Shown: one piece after another, positions 1 through 9,503 of the stretch
Numbering within the stretch: position 1 is the first letter of the stretch
Layout of the letters: each line of letters begins with the position of its first letter
IMG/VR virus record: IMGVR_UViG_3300010413_000018
Location: 76,729 to 140,728 of that record
DNA length: 64,000 nt
From: a virus
Strand: one strand, 5' to 3'
Notes under the pieces: model-generated
What the model was told of the DNA's origin: nothing
Databases searched by the model: none
Seen by the model: the letters and a program-made list of their open reading frames with translations, nothing else
Program-made: the position numbers and the translations under genes

Positions 1-162
1 TCCAGCTAAAGTGTATAATGTGTCTCCTTGTTGCACGACTACTTTACGATTATCGTTGAATGCTTTATAGCGGAACGGAATACGGTCTGTTAGATAACTG
101 AGATCGTCGTCGTCAGTAGTACTCGTGGTAAACGTGTGCCGTGAAAATTGTTTTGGAGGCAT
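1..162 (-). CDS. LysM-domain tail/baseplate protein, N-terminal part (runs off the window)
   Basis: Hand translation from ATG at 162, which overlaps the upstream TAA: MPPKQFSRHTFTT...RKVVVQQGDTLYTLAG. VVxxGDTLxxLA is the start of a LysM motif; position follows the tube-like gene. Confidence 0.75.
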   Translation of the reverse strand, partial: MPPKQFSRHTFTTSTTDDDDLSYLTDRIPFRYKAFNDNRKVVVQQGDTLYTLAG

Positions 163-701
163 TAGGTACCCTCATCTTCAAGGCTCAATCCAGAGCCTAG
201 TCGCAAAACGTTGTCTTCAGCAACTTCGTCAAAGTGTAAGCGCACGTCGCGGATTTCTTCAAGATTTATACTGCAATTAAACTGTGTGGATCGACCTTCG
301 TGGTTGAACAGTTCATGGGTAATACTGGCGCTTCCCATTACGCACTTTAGCGAAAGCATTTTTGGCCAGTACAGTAAAAGAGTAGGCGCTCCGCCTCCGA
401 CAATATCGTTACTGATACTACGCGGATAAGCCCACGATAGTATCTGACGCCGCGCATAATGAATCTTTTCAAGTTCATCGCGTGTCATTGCGCGAAAAAA
501 CAACTCTAAGCTTATTTTAAAATTGGAAGTGTGAATGAAGTGAAGCTTTTCATGCGATTGGCCAGGCATGGCTAAGCGTGCCCAGTTTACTTCTATCTGC
601 TCTTGCAGCTTAGTCGGATTAAATTGCACTTCCAGTTCATCTCCGCTAATCAGGTTAGCCAAGATTAGCTTAGGAGGATTCTTTGTTACAGCATCCATCA
701 T
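162..701 (-). CDS. Tail tube initiator / CIS-tube-like protein
   Basis: VQFNPTKL...VNWARLAMPGQS motif typical of second tube proteins; directly after tape measure and before a LysM gene. Confidence 0.7.
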   Translation of the reverse strand: MMDAVTKNPPKLILANLISGDELEVQFNPTKLQEQIEVNWARLAMPGQSHEKLHFIHTSNFKISLELFFRAMTRDELEKIHYARRQILSWAYPRSISNDIVGGGAPTLLLYWPKMLSLKCVMGSASITHELFNHEGRSTQFNCSINLEEIRDVRLHFDEVAEDNVLRLGSGLSLEDEGT

Positions 702-3091
702 TCCTCCGCTACTGGTTGACCAGCGCGCGCTCGTTGACTGCGTTCAGCGCGAGCCACTGCTTCTCCAACGCGCGATCCATCAATATTCAACGTTACAATG
801 GTGGGTTTCTTTTCTATTGCCTTTTTAAGTTCAGCCAAAGCTTTGTCGCTAGTGTTTGCATTTTTCATTAAATTAGCGAGCATTGCTGTTGATTCAGTGA
901 CTGCTACACTTGGTGTTGGTGCAGTAGTGGATATGGGTGGAGCAATAATATTGCTGGCCGCTTTTCCTGGTGCTGGTGGTGCGTTTCCAATTTCATTTGG
1001 ATTAATTAGCGCGGCGCCTACACCACGTTGGGCAGTACGTGGAACTTCTGGTAGAAACGCATTAAACAATTTACCGAACGTGCTCTCACTAATTTTTTCA
1101 CCTATTTTGACTAGCCAATCCCACACTTCTTTTAGCACGTCGACAAATTTTGCGGTGCTTTCTTTAGCAATGATCATGTACTGCGCAAAGGTGTCTCCGA
1201 TGAATGATCCTATTTTTACTAACCACCCAAAAAACTCAATAAGTCCAGTAATTAACATTGCAATTCCGCTAAAAAAACTAGCGATAACGTATCCTATACC
1301 GGCACCTGCTTCGTTGAACCGGTCTGATGGAACTCCAGATATTCCGCCGATGCTAAACCCGAGTTCACTAAATGCTTCCATCAATCGACGAATAGCTTCG
1401 CCTAGCCCACCGAACACTGGCGAAAACGCTTCCATTGTTTGAGTGAAGCCTTGCTTAATGCCTTCAAAAAATCTTTTTATGCGATAAAAGATCATATAGA
1501 TGGTGATAACAAATTTACGGATACCTTTGTTTTCCGCTTTACTCATTTCTTTACTTATGGCTTCAGAAAACCCACCTTTACTAAATAAATCTGTTAGGCC
1601 ATTCCATAATAGCTTTATGCCATCAACAAAACGTTTCCACATATCGCCTAAACCGCCAATATTGTTGCGAATCATGTATGCGGCTAGGGCAACTGCTGCG
1701 GCAAAGCCGGCCAGGACTAAAGCCACTATTCCGGCTGCATACGCCATGGCTCCTAATACCATTACAAAGGTTGACATAAACGGTAGCAGAAGGGTTATTC
1801 CACCAGCGATAACGAGTGCGGTTCCCAGTACAACTGCTAGCGCTCCGACTGCGAGCACTAATCCTGCAATAAGCTTTTTAGTACCTTCTGGCAGAGCTTT
1901 AAAAAATCTAATTATTTTGTTTAAACCATCGAGCAGTACTGTGACTAATGGCTTTAGAACTTTAGCAAATGACTTTCCGAGTAGTACGCGAAAAGTTTTT
2001 ACACTGCCTGCTAGTAGTACTTTCTGGCCTTCCCACGTTTCCAGAAGTTTGGCCCGAAATTCAGCAGCGGCACCAGCTGCTTCTTTCATTTGTTTGCGTA
2101 AGTACGCGACGGCGTCTGCTCCTTTATATATTTTACCGGTGGCGTCTCTTATTCCAGTTTCCAGCTGTTTACTAATTCCGGCATATGCTGCTATACCAAA
2201 TCGTCCAAACAACTTTTGTGCTTTTTCTGCTTTTGCTGCAGCGTTTGGTATGCGCTTTTCTAGCTGCTCACTGGTATCCATCACGATGTCCATGAACGGT
2301 CTAAATTCTCCTTTGGCGTCGGTTACTGCTACGCCTATTTCTTTGAATTTTTTGGCATTCTTGGCCATGAATATTAATGCTGATGAAGTTGCGCTCGCGG
2401 CTACTGATGCGTCTACACCAGTGTTTTTAATAAGTCCTATGGAAGGCAGCATTTCGTCAATGGACTGCTTTGCTAAAACAGCACCGCGCGCTACCGTACC
2501 AAGAGCTAATTGTAAGTCGCCGGCTTGAAGCGCAGTTGCGTTTGAAATACGCAGTAATTTGTCCGTTGTGATGGTCGCTTGATCTGCTTCTAGCCCAAAG
2601 ATGCGTAGCGCTGAGGCGGTAGTTTGCGCTGCTTGCGCAACAGAAATTTGTCCGCCAGCCGCTAAGTCTAACGCAGGAACAAGGGTTTTAATTTGCTGTG
2701 CAGTATTAAAACCCATTGTACCGAGTACGGTTAAACCTTCAGCAGCTTGAGTAGGATCAAACTGTGTGGCAATACCTGCATCAATTGCAGCATTTTCCAG
2801 TAACTTCATTTCTGCAGCGGTCGCGCGCGATATAGCTCCAGCCTTCGCTAATTGCTGCTCAAAAGCTCCTGCTTCGTTGGCTAGGTTTAGCGCGCCACTT
2901 AACGTTGCCATGCCTGCACCGGCCGTAATTGCGCCAGTAGCGAGCATTACGAACCCACTTCCTACAGTCTTGGCTAGCTTTTTCGAATCGCCTTCAACTA
3001 AGCCAAATTGGCGGCGAATATTTTTCATGACGGGCGTAACTTGATCGCGCCCTTGGAAAACCATACCTAGTCCGAAGTTGTTTAAAGGCAT
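698..3091 (-). CDS. Tail tape measure protein (TP901-like)
   Basis: 797 aa, Ala/Gly rich, TQFDPTQAAEGL...LDLAAGG core, hydrophobic central segments; follows the tail chaperone. Confidence 0.93.
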   Translation of the reverse strand: MPLNNFGLGMVFQGRDQVTPVMKNIRRQFGLVEGDSKKLAKTVGSGFVMLATGAITAGAGMATLSGALNLANEAGAFEQQLAKAGAISRATAAEMKLLENAAIDAGIATQFDPTQAAEGLTVLGTMGFNTAQQIKTLVPALDLAAGGQISVAQAAQTTASALRIFGLEADQATITTDKLLRISNATALQAGDLQLALGTVARGAVLAKQSIDEMLPSIGLIKNTGVDASVAASATSSALIFMAKNAKKFKEIGVAVTDAKGEFRPFMDIVMDTSEQLEKRIPNAAAKAEKAQKLFGRFGIAAYAGISKQLETGIRDATGKIYKGADAVAYLRKQMKEAAGAAAEFRAKLLETWEGQKVLLAGSVKTFRVLLGKSFAKVLKPLVTVLLDGLNKIIRFFKALPEGTKKLIAGLVLAVGALAVVLGTALVIAGGITLLLPFMSTFVMVLGAMAYAAGIVALVLAGFAAAVALAAYMIRNNIGGLGDMWKRFVDGIKLLWNGLTDLFSKGGFSEAISKEMSKAENKGIRKFVITIYMIFYRIKRFFEGIKQGFTQTMEAFSPVFGGLGEAIRRLMEAFSELGFSIGGISGVPSDRFNEAGAGIGYVIASFFSGIAMLITGLIEFFGWLVKIGSFIGDTFAQYMIIAKESTAKFVDVLKEVWDWLVKIGEKISESTFGKLFNAFLPEVPRTAQRGVGAALINPNEIGNAPPAPGKAASNIIAPPISTTAPTPSVAVTESTAMLANLMKNANTSDKALAELKKAIEKKPTIVTLNIDGSRVGEAVARAERSQRARAGQPVAEE

Positions 3092-3101
3092 ACTCTTTAT
3101 T

Positions 3102-3398
3102 CTACTTCTTTTTTGTTGCTCGTGCGATCTCTGCTGCTTCGCGTCGGCGAGTATCGCCTAAACGTTCCGCCAAGCCGTCGATGTCGTTTAGATCTAAATT
3201 TAGCACTTCGGAGTAGGTTATGTTAAGGCCAGAACCTCCGTGTTGATGATAAATCAAATTAAAAATTATGTCGAGTTCTACGTCTTTATCGATAAATGGC
3301 ACAAGGCCAAAAATAAAGTCGTACGGATTACTGCCAGCGTCGCTGTTTAAGAGTTCTTCGAGTGACGCCGAGGTAGAAAGAACTCCGCTCCGAAAGGG
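3102..3398 (-). CDS. Tail assembly chaperone, -1 frameshift extension (GT-like)
   Basis: The -1 frame is open from the slippery heptamer C CCT TTC (3398-3392) through ORF 3102..3302. Confidence 0.8.
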   Translation of the reverse strand, partial: PFRSGVLSTSASLEELLNSDAGSNPYDFIFGLVPFIDKDVELDIIFNLIYHQHGGSGLNITYSEVLNLDLNDIDGLAERLGDTRRREAAEIARATKKK

Positions 3399-4090
3399 AG
3401 GTCTACCTCAAACGTATTCCCACAATGTGTGCACTCAATCTCAATAGTGGTTTCTAGACCACCATCTTGTTCGTCAAACGCATCGAGCATGTCGCGGTAC
3501 TTACTGAGTTCCAGTTCTTCGAGCCAAGCGCGTTTACGATTGGTGTCGATTCCTTCTATTTCAACAATGCGTAAGCTCAGCAGATCAAGCAAACGCTGTT
3601 CCTGTCCGCGTAAAAACTTTGCGGCTTTCCGTTCGTCTTTTCCAGTGGTCAGGCGGTAGCTTATTGTTTTACCGTCGATTTCAGCGGTTACGGGAGCGCC
3701 TGCTTTAAACTTGACTAAACTGTCTTCTGGTACTGGTTTAACGGGTAGGTCGTCAAAATCAATTTCCCAGCTAAAAGTTTCTTCACACGCTCGATTCGGG
3801 CAGGTTACTTTGAAACTGTATGGGTCGTTTGGATAAGTGGCTTGGCGTATTTGAATTAAAATATACAGGCGATCGGCCACCAGTACGTCGAGCCAGTTTG
3901 GGTTGCCTCTATCGTTCAGTTCATACGGTCCAGCATCGTCTGTTTGCAGCCAACACGCGTTCAAAAGGTTGTCGAACAGTTCGCCTGTTTTGGCTGCTTT
4001 TCTGTTGCCCAACAGATTCATTTCACGACCTTTTAAACCTCTAACGCGTCCAGATAAACCTGACGGACAAGTTATTGATTTTTCTGGCAT
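3347..4090 (-). CDS. Tail assembly chaperone (G-like, with Cys pairs reminiscent of T4 gp26/gp51)
   Basis: Between tube and tape measure; CPNRAC and CTHC motifs; slippery site near the 3' end. Confidence 0.8.
   Translation of the reverse strand: MPEKSITCPSGLSGRVRGLKGREMNLLGNRKAAKTGELFDNLLNACWLQTDDAGPYELNDRGNPNWLDVLVADRLYILIQIRQATYPNDPYSFKVTCPNRACEETFSWEIDFDDLPVKPVPEDSLVKFKAGAPVTAEIDGKTISYRLTTGKDERKAAKFLRGQEQRLLDLLSLRIVEIEGIDTNRKRAWLEELELSKYRDMLDAFDEQDGGLETTIEIECTHCGNTFEVDLPFGAEFFLPRRHSKNS
3392..3398 (-). other. Programmed -1 ribosomal frameshift site CCCTTTC
   Basis: X XXY YYZ heptamer in the correct phase (GAC CTC CCT TTC GGA). Confidence 0.8.
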
Positions 4091-4111
4091 AATGTCCTTC
4101 CTAACGCTAAT

Positions 4112-4133
4112 GCGGCACCACTAAGGGTGCCGC
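4112..4133 (-). terminator. GC-rich hairpin after tail tube gene (weak terminator or RNA stabiliser)
   Basis: GCGGCACC-actaag-GGTGCCGC perfect 8-bp stem; no strong U tract. Confidence 0.5.
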
Positions 4134-4159
4134 TTGTGGTTTCTTGAAGCGTATCGCGA

Positions 4160-4621
4160 TTACTGAACTAGGTCAAAGTAATCGTAAGTGAGAGTCACTG
4201 ACTCGATATTGTTTTCGTCAGCTTCGTTGTCCCAATCGCCGCCAGTAAACTTTACCGGCCAAGCGTTGGTAATTCGCCAACGGCGCAGTTCCGATCCGTC
4301 ACGATCTTGCTGCACAATATCGAGAGTGCGCTTGTAGTCGTCGTCGATCAAGCCAGCGTTAGCTGCCGCATCAGCGACTTGCTTTACCCAATCCCAAAAG
4401 TCGCGGTCATTTGTAGCACCGCGTTCGAGCGTGACGTCGGTAAACGACACCAAGCCAGGGCTTTTGTTGGGAATAAGCACTCCGCCTTCGCGGTGTTCAA
4501 CTTTGGCTATTTCCACCGACAACTCCGAACACGTCTTGAAAGCCGCGCTGGCTATGCTGTCGATTTCAACAACAAACTTAAACCGCTTATGGAATGATCT
4601 GGGATTTCCGATTACAGCCAT
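4160..4621 (-). CDS. Tail tube protein (T4 gp19-like)
   Basis: FKFVVEID...EHREGG...KSPG...DVTLERG...AWPVKF motifs; directly after sheath. Confidence 0.93.
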   Translation of the reverse strand: MAVIGNPRSFHKRFKFVVEIDSIASAAFKTCSELSVEIAKVEHREGGVLIPNKSPGLVSFTDVTLERGATNDRDFWDWVKQVADAAANAGLIDDDYKRTLDIVQQDRDGSELRRWRITNAWPVKFTGGDWDNEADENNIESVTLTYDYFDLVQ

Positions 4622-4635
4622 TGTTTAGCCTCCGT

Positions 4636-6900
4636 CTAACTGGTACCCGCTGCCAGCTCCTCGTCTAGGGCTCTGGTATCTTGCGAGAAGGTGAGTACGA
4701 TAAACTCGGCCGGCTTTTGAGTGGCCAGACCGATTCGAGCGTTTAGTTTGCCAGCAAATACTTCACTGGCAGGATTGAGCGCTTCGGACACGTCAACATA
4801 AAACGCCGTTGCCGGATCCGTAGAACGGAAAGCACCGACTTTCATTTGAGTGACCAAAAACGCGGTTATGGTTCTTGCTACGGTTGCGCGTAGTACGGCG
4901 TCGTTGTTCTTGTTGCGCGCGAACTCAAGGCCGGCTTTTACCGACTGCTCAATAAAAATAACTCCACGTCGTTCACTAACGCTCGGGAAGTTTCCGCCAC
5001 CTTTGAGTGTGCGCGCGCCGTCGATCGCTATGGGTTGACCGGAAAGCTTGGTAATCGGGTTGATGCGCTTCGGAAAAACTAGGTCTCTTCGCGCTTCTTC
5101 GATTACTTCGTCCGTTTCCAAGCCAATAACGCCCATCAGGCGTCCTTTTTCATTACTGGGAGGATCGTAAACGCCACCCACTCGGTCGCCGTCTGTGCGG
5201 GCATAACAGCCTGCAATGTGCCCACTGGGCGGGACGGTGATACTCGCAACGTTTCCGAATACGGTAGTGGAAGGATTGAGAACTTTCACTTGCGGCCAGT
5301 AAATAGCTGCAAACTCGGAAAGGTTCATCAGCGCTGCCGTAGTGTCGACGTACGTTATGATTCCGGAAGCGTCGAGACCGGCCGGAGGATCAAGCACTGC
5401 AAACATCGACATGTCGCGCGTTACCTCGCAGTAGGTAATCATAGCGTTATGCACCGCTGCCGTCGGCCGATCCGGAATGAACAGCACGCGAAGATCCAAC
5501 GTGGTGTCAAAGGAACGTATACCGGTTTTACCCGTTTCGTCACCAATGAAATCGTTGTCATCGATGCTGGTCAGCCCGTCGTCACCGCCAGTCAACGGAC
5601 CGTATGCCACCGGAGTAGCGCCAGGGCTATTTGCCGGTCGCGCCGCAGAGGCGTCAGTAGGATCAACGTCAAGGTCAACGACGGCTATATACTTGCTGCC
5701 GTTGTCTTCATCGTTGATTATAGTTTCGGCGTAGTCGTCATCGTTCGGATCCATGGTCAGATTGGGATAGCGCTCAACAATAACGCCACCGAACAACACG
5801 ACCAGATTGAAGCGTGCTGCTTCGCCGGAAGTGGCCGCGCTTATTAGAATAGTGATGCTGTTTCCGTACGTACCGTCGTACTTACCATTTACGGTCAGTG
5901 TGTCGACGGCTGCTCCGGAAGATCCGGTATGCACCGCGTTATCCAACCCAAGCTCATCATCGAGGGTTGAAGTGGCTTCGACTTGGATCGTACTGGTGGG
6001 TCCAGGTACGTTTCCGTCCGCAGCAACTTGAACTGCTCCGCCTACGTTAGTGACGACTACGTCAGTTACGTCAGCTTCTATAACAGTTTTTAGTTCCGCT
6101 ACAGTTACGGCGTCGATGTCACCTACATCACCGGTTCCTTGCACCTCAGTGGTGGAAAAACCGAGCGCGGTATTGGCTGTTCCGCCAGTAACCTGCACGT
6201 ACGAATCAGTGCCTTGAACATCGCTGTTAATGCGCGGGTCACCAGCATTTAGATCGGCGTAACCACCGCTCATCTTTGCATTAATCACTGCGATTACTTC
6301 CGCACCAGTCGCTGCCGCTATGTTAGCGAATTCAGACGTCAAGAACGTAATGGTTTGTTCTGATCCTTGGTCGATTTTAATCAACAAGGTTTGCCCATCG
6401 GACAACGCATAAGTCGGAGAGTTACTGGCCGTTAGTGTCGCGCGCGCGGCGTCTACCGTGGCCGTGTCCGTCGCTCCGCCGTCTACGCTAAAGTCTAGCG
6501 TTCCGCCTGGATTAAGCGCAAAAGGCTCGGTCGCAGTGCCAAGCACAATCCCAGCAGAAGCGGAAGCTACCGCTGTTTCCAGATTAAGCGTTGCCGCTAC
6601 ACTGGTCTTGGTGGCCGGAGTTGATACATCAGTGTAGTGAACGGTACGCGTAAAATACAGCACTTGCCCACCGTTTTCGAAAAAACCACGTACTGCTTGT
6701 GCCGCGTATCCATCCGCTATGTCACCGCCGAATACGTTCCTCCACTGAGCGAACGAAGTGCAAAGTGTCGCGGTTCCGATCGGTCCTTTTTCGGTAATAC
6801 CAACGCACGCTGCCGTAGCGGTTTGAACGCCAGTTATTGTACGAATCTGAGGTTCTTCCTCTTGTACAACGATTTTACTTGCTAAAAGTTCTGCACTCAT
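4636..6900 (-). CDS. Contractile tail sheath protein with large inserted domains
   Basis: N-terminal GITEKGPIG...FFENGG; C-terminal YWP...VPPSGHIAG...INPI...KPAEFI. Confidence 0.95.
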   Translation of the reverse strand: MSAELLASKIVVQEEEPQIRTITGVQTATAACVGITEKGPIGTATLCTSFAQWRNVFGGDIADGYAAQAVRGFFENGGQVLYFTRTVHYTDVSTPATKTSVAATLNLETAVASASAGIVLGTATEPFALNPGGTLDFSVDGGATDTATVDAARATLTASNSPTYALSDGQTLLIKIDQGSEQTITFLTSEFANIAAATGAEVIAVINAKMSGGYADLNAGDPRINSDVQGTDSYVQVTGGTANTALGFSTTEVQGTGDVGDIDAVTVAELKTVIEADVTDVVVTNVGGAVQVAADGNVPGPTSTIQVEATSTLDDELGLDNAVHTGSSGAAVDTLTVNGKYDGTYGNSITILISAATSGEAARFNLVVLFGGVIVERYPNLTMDPNDDDYAETIINDEDNGSKYIAVVDLDVDPTDASAARPANSPGATPVAYGPLTGGDDGLTSIDDNDFIGDETGKTGIRSFDTTLDLRVLFIPDRPTAAVHNAMITYCEVTRDMSMFAVLDPPAGLDASGIITYVDTTAALMNLSEFAAIYWPQVKVLNPSTTVFGNVASITVPPSGHIAGCYARTDGDRVGGVYDPPSNEKGRLMGVIGLETDEVIEEARRDLVFPKRINPITKLSGQPIAIDGARTLKGGGNFPSVSERRGVIFIEQSVKAGLEFARNKNNDAVLRATVARTITAFLVTQMKVGAFRSTDPATAFYVDVSEALNPASEVFAGKLNARIGLATQKPAEFIVLTFSQDTRALDEELAAGTS

Positions 6901-7295
6901 TCTTCTTTACCTCCGTCGTCGTCGGGAGTCGGGTTAGACGCTTCAGCTTGTAGTGCTTGCGCACGTTGCATTTTGCGAGTTCGCGGTGACCGCATTGTTG
7001 GGATTGCAATTTTTTCTTCTTGGCGAGTGACTGTAATCCTACCAGATTTCACCAAGTTTTTAATCTGGAGGCATCCTTCTATTTCAAGAGGAAGATCGCG
7101 CAGTATTCCACGTGCCGGTATTGTTAGCGATCCAGGAATCTTTCTTTGCACGAAACTTTGCTGTTTATTTCCATCGCGCTGGTCGGTGGTTTTTACCATT
7201 CTCTTTACCTGATAACCCCAGCGTTTCTTCCAGAACGCTGGATGATTCAGAATAAGAACGATTGCCCGTGCGGTCTTATTACAAATTGTTATCAT
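6897..7295 (-). CDS. Hypothetical protein (pre-sheath)
   Basis: Translationally coupled ORF in the neck-tail operon. Confidence 0.7.
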   Translation of the reverse strand: MITICNKTARAIVLILNHPAFWKKRWGYQVKRMVKTTDQRDGNKQQSFVQRKIPGSLTIPARGILRDLPLEIEGCLQIKNLVKSGRITVTRQEEKIAIPTMRSPRTRKMQRAQALQAEASNPTPDDDGGKEE

Positions 7296-8326
7296 TAAAT
7301 TCCTCCACTACCTTTTGGACTTGGTCCTGTCTTGTATGATGCGCCGAGTTGGTAGGAAGTCAAACGTACTCCTTCGTCGTTAGTGGACGCGGTTTTCCCA
7401 ATTACTTGATCATCAGGGAAACCGGTTAGATCTTGCATGTCGAATCCTCGTATTACAAATCTACCACTAAAAGCCCTAATGTTCGAATCGTTTGGTGTTT
7501 CAATGGCTTTTAAATCACCGTCCGGCATCAGGTCTATCTCATACTGTACCGTACCTTTTGACGAATCAGAAGGATCTCTTGCGAATTCAATGTATTTGTT
7601 GCGTTCAAAATAGCTGTATACTGCTGCCATTAAATTCAACAATTCCATCTTCAAGTCGGATACGCCAACAATTCCAAATTCCATGTCTACAGTGTAACCT
7701 ACTCTGCGCTTCAAGTATTCTCCTGCAGCCAGGCCTGCTTCGATTGGCGGTTGATTCTGTGAATAAAATCTATTCTCAACCAAATCTGGACCGATTAGTG
7801 CTATTCCTGGAAGTTCGGCCAATTCTGTAATGTTTAACAGATCTCCGGTGTCGCCGTCAAATTCTGTGTGAGTGGATACTGAAACATTTGGAATTGTTTG
7901 TAGTTTGAATTCGTGAATTATGGCGCGAATTATTCTTGCGAAATCGCTTTGAGTAGCTAGCTGAGCACGGGAATAAGTTAGTCCGTCTGATAGAATTACT
8001 TCTTCCCCAACAATTGGATCGCCATTATCGTCGAGGTTTCGTAAGGTTACATCTACTGTGCCTTCACCATAGTTGTTGGCTTTATCCACGGTTATTGGTG
8101 ACTTTGGCACAAGCACAAATAATCTGGTTGCGCTGACTACCGCGACTTCTGTTCCGTATGAAGTGCCAAATAAAATTTCAACAGTAGGGATAGGATCGGC
8201 AGCGGGTTCTGAAGTGGCAGGTGGAAGTGTTGGAACTTTAAAATTAGTTCCAGTAATTTCAATTAAAGTTTTACCTCCAGTAGGCACGCTGGGAGGAGAA
8301 ACGTCAGTGATAGTAGGTACTGCCAT
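7295..8326 (-). CDS. Probable tail terminator with N-terminal IPT/TIG Ig-like domain
   Basis: PTITDVSP...GGKTLIEITGTNF IPT motif; synteny upstream of sheath. Confidence 0.65.
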   Translation of the reverse strand: MAVPTITDVSPPSVPTGGKTLIEITGTNFKVPTLPPATSEPAADPIPTVEILFGTSYGTEVAVVSATRLFVLVPKSPITVDKANNYGEGTVDVTLRNLDDNGDPIVGEEVILSDGLTYSRAQLATQSDFARIIRAIIHEFKLQTIPNVSVSTHTEFDGDTGDLLNITELAELPGIALIGPDLVENRFYSQNQPPIEAGLAAGEYLKRRVGYTVDMEFGIVGVSDLKMELLNLMAAVYSYFERNKYIEFARDPSDSSKGTVQYEIDLMPDGDLKAIETPNDSNIRAFSGRFVIRGFDMQDLTGFPDDQVIGKTASTNDEGVRLTSYQLGASYKTGPSPKGSGGI

Positions 8327-8346
8327 AGCTTGATTATACCATACGA

Positions 8347-8991
8347 TTAAAATAACCCGACAGTTCCTTTTGAAATTTTGGCAATCCGTATTTTCATGTT
8401 TGCCAGTACGCGTTTACGGGTCATCTTGGCGTACACTGGTGCAATAAATGGACGTGCTGGAATTTGAATAACCATAACACCGCGCGCTAAGCCTCCCCCA
8501 GTTTTACGGCGCTTTCCCCCTTTTACCGTTGCGTTAAGTCCACCGCGCCGCATCATGGCGTAAAAATACTTTCGCATTTTTTCTGTGACTTTAATGACCA
8601 CAACGCGCCCTTCTTCGTGCACGCGCGCGATGTTGACTAAATCTTTTCCGTCGCTAGTCCGCGTTCCTCGCAGCACGCCAATAAAAATCTGATGCGAGCG
8701 TTCAACCAAGGCAATGTTTCGCCGTAAAGTAGCGGTACGAATTAACGCTTTACGGCCGGCGAAGCCTTCCGCGCGGCGTTTAGCGCGCGTCAATGGCGAC
8801 AGTTTTTTAAAACGCTTGCCTCCTGGTGCTTGTTTCGTAATTCCCTGCACTACTTGCTTGTGCCAAAAGCGCGCTTCTTGAAGTAAAGCGCGGCGCCAAA
8901 CCATATCAATTTTCTTTTGTCCGGCTGGTCCTAATGCATGACGAGCGCGCGCCCAGTCGCCAAATGGCTTAATGATTATTCCACTGCTCAT
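8347..8991 (-). CDS. Virion morphogenesis / tail completion protein (Mu gpG / P2 gpS-like)
   Basis: Basic protein with FKKLSPLT...KALIRTATL...IARVHEEG...IPARPFI motifs. Confidence 0.8.
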   Translation of the reverse strand: MSSGIIIKPFGDWARARHALGPAGQKKIDMVWRRALLQEARFWHKQVVQGITKQAPGGKRFKKLSPLTRAKRRAEGFAGRKALIRTATLRRNIALVERSHQIFIGVLRGTRTSDGKDLVNIARVHEEGRVVVIKVTEKMRKYFYAMMRRGGLNATVKGGKRRKTGGGLARGVMVIQIPARPFIAPVYAKMTRKRVLANMKIRIAKISKGTVGLF

Positions 8992-9503
8992 CCAGCACCG
9001 CGTACGCCAAGATCACGCGTTTCAAACGTAACCAGTAAAAGATTTCTTTGGAGGCTTGAAAGCCCAAAGCCGCGCGACTGTACTTGCGTCACGAACAACC
9101 CTGGAGGGTTGGGAATCTGCTCGATAAGTTCTTCGGTGAGATCGTGTTTAATGGCGTCTAGCCGATCGTTTACCCGTATCAGCGGTCTACCAGTAGCTGC
9201 TTCTACTAAGCCGGCATCTTCAAGATCGCGGTAGTGCATAATAACAGTAATTTGTGACGAAGGAGATCGTCCGTTCACCATCATTTCCAATTCTTCAAAA
9301 GTGCCTGGTTCTATTTGTGCTCTGCAGGTCACGATACTTTCTGATCGACTAATCGTACCGCGCCCCGAACCACTAGCTGGAGGCACCATTATCGGCTCAC
9401 GAAAATCTTCGTCGTAACCGCCGTCTGTAATAACCGCAGTCGCGTCAGTATCGAGCTGGGCTATATCCAACTTGAAAGGAAATATTAAACGCCCACGAGC
9501 CAT
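8988..9503 (-). CDS. Probable head closure / neck protein
   Basis: Synteny after adaptor; YDEDFREP motif. Confidence 0.55.
   Translation of the reverse strand: MARGRLIFPFKLDIAQLDTDATAVITDGGYDEDFREPIMVPPASGSGRGTISRSESIVTCRAQIEPGTFEELEMMVNGRSPSSQITVIMHYRDLEDAGLVEAATGRPLIRVNDRLDAIKHDLTEELIEQIPNPPGLFVTQVQSRGFGLSSLQRNLLLVTFETRDLGVRGAG

Noticed and set aside
798-2528. Long plus-strand ORFs (214 and 342 aa) and similar ones opposite the sheath, fibre, capsid and scaffold genes
   Set aside because: Antisense shadows of well-supported minus-strand genes; no motifs or start signals.
162-6900. Extracellular contractile injection system or tailocin
   Set aside because: Terminase, portal, protease and capsid genes are present, so this is a complete phage morphogenesis module.
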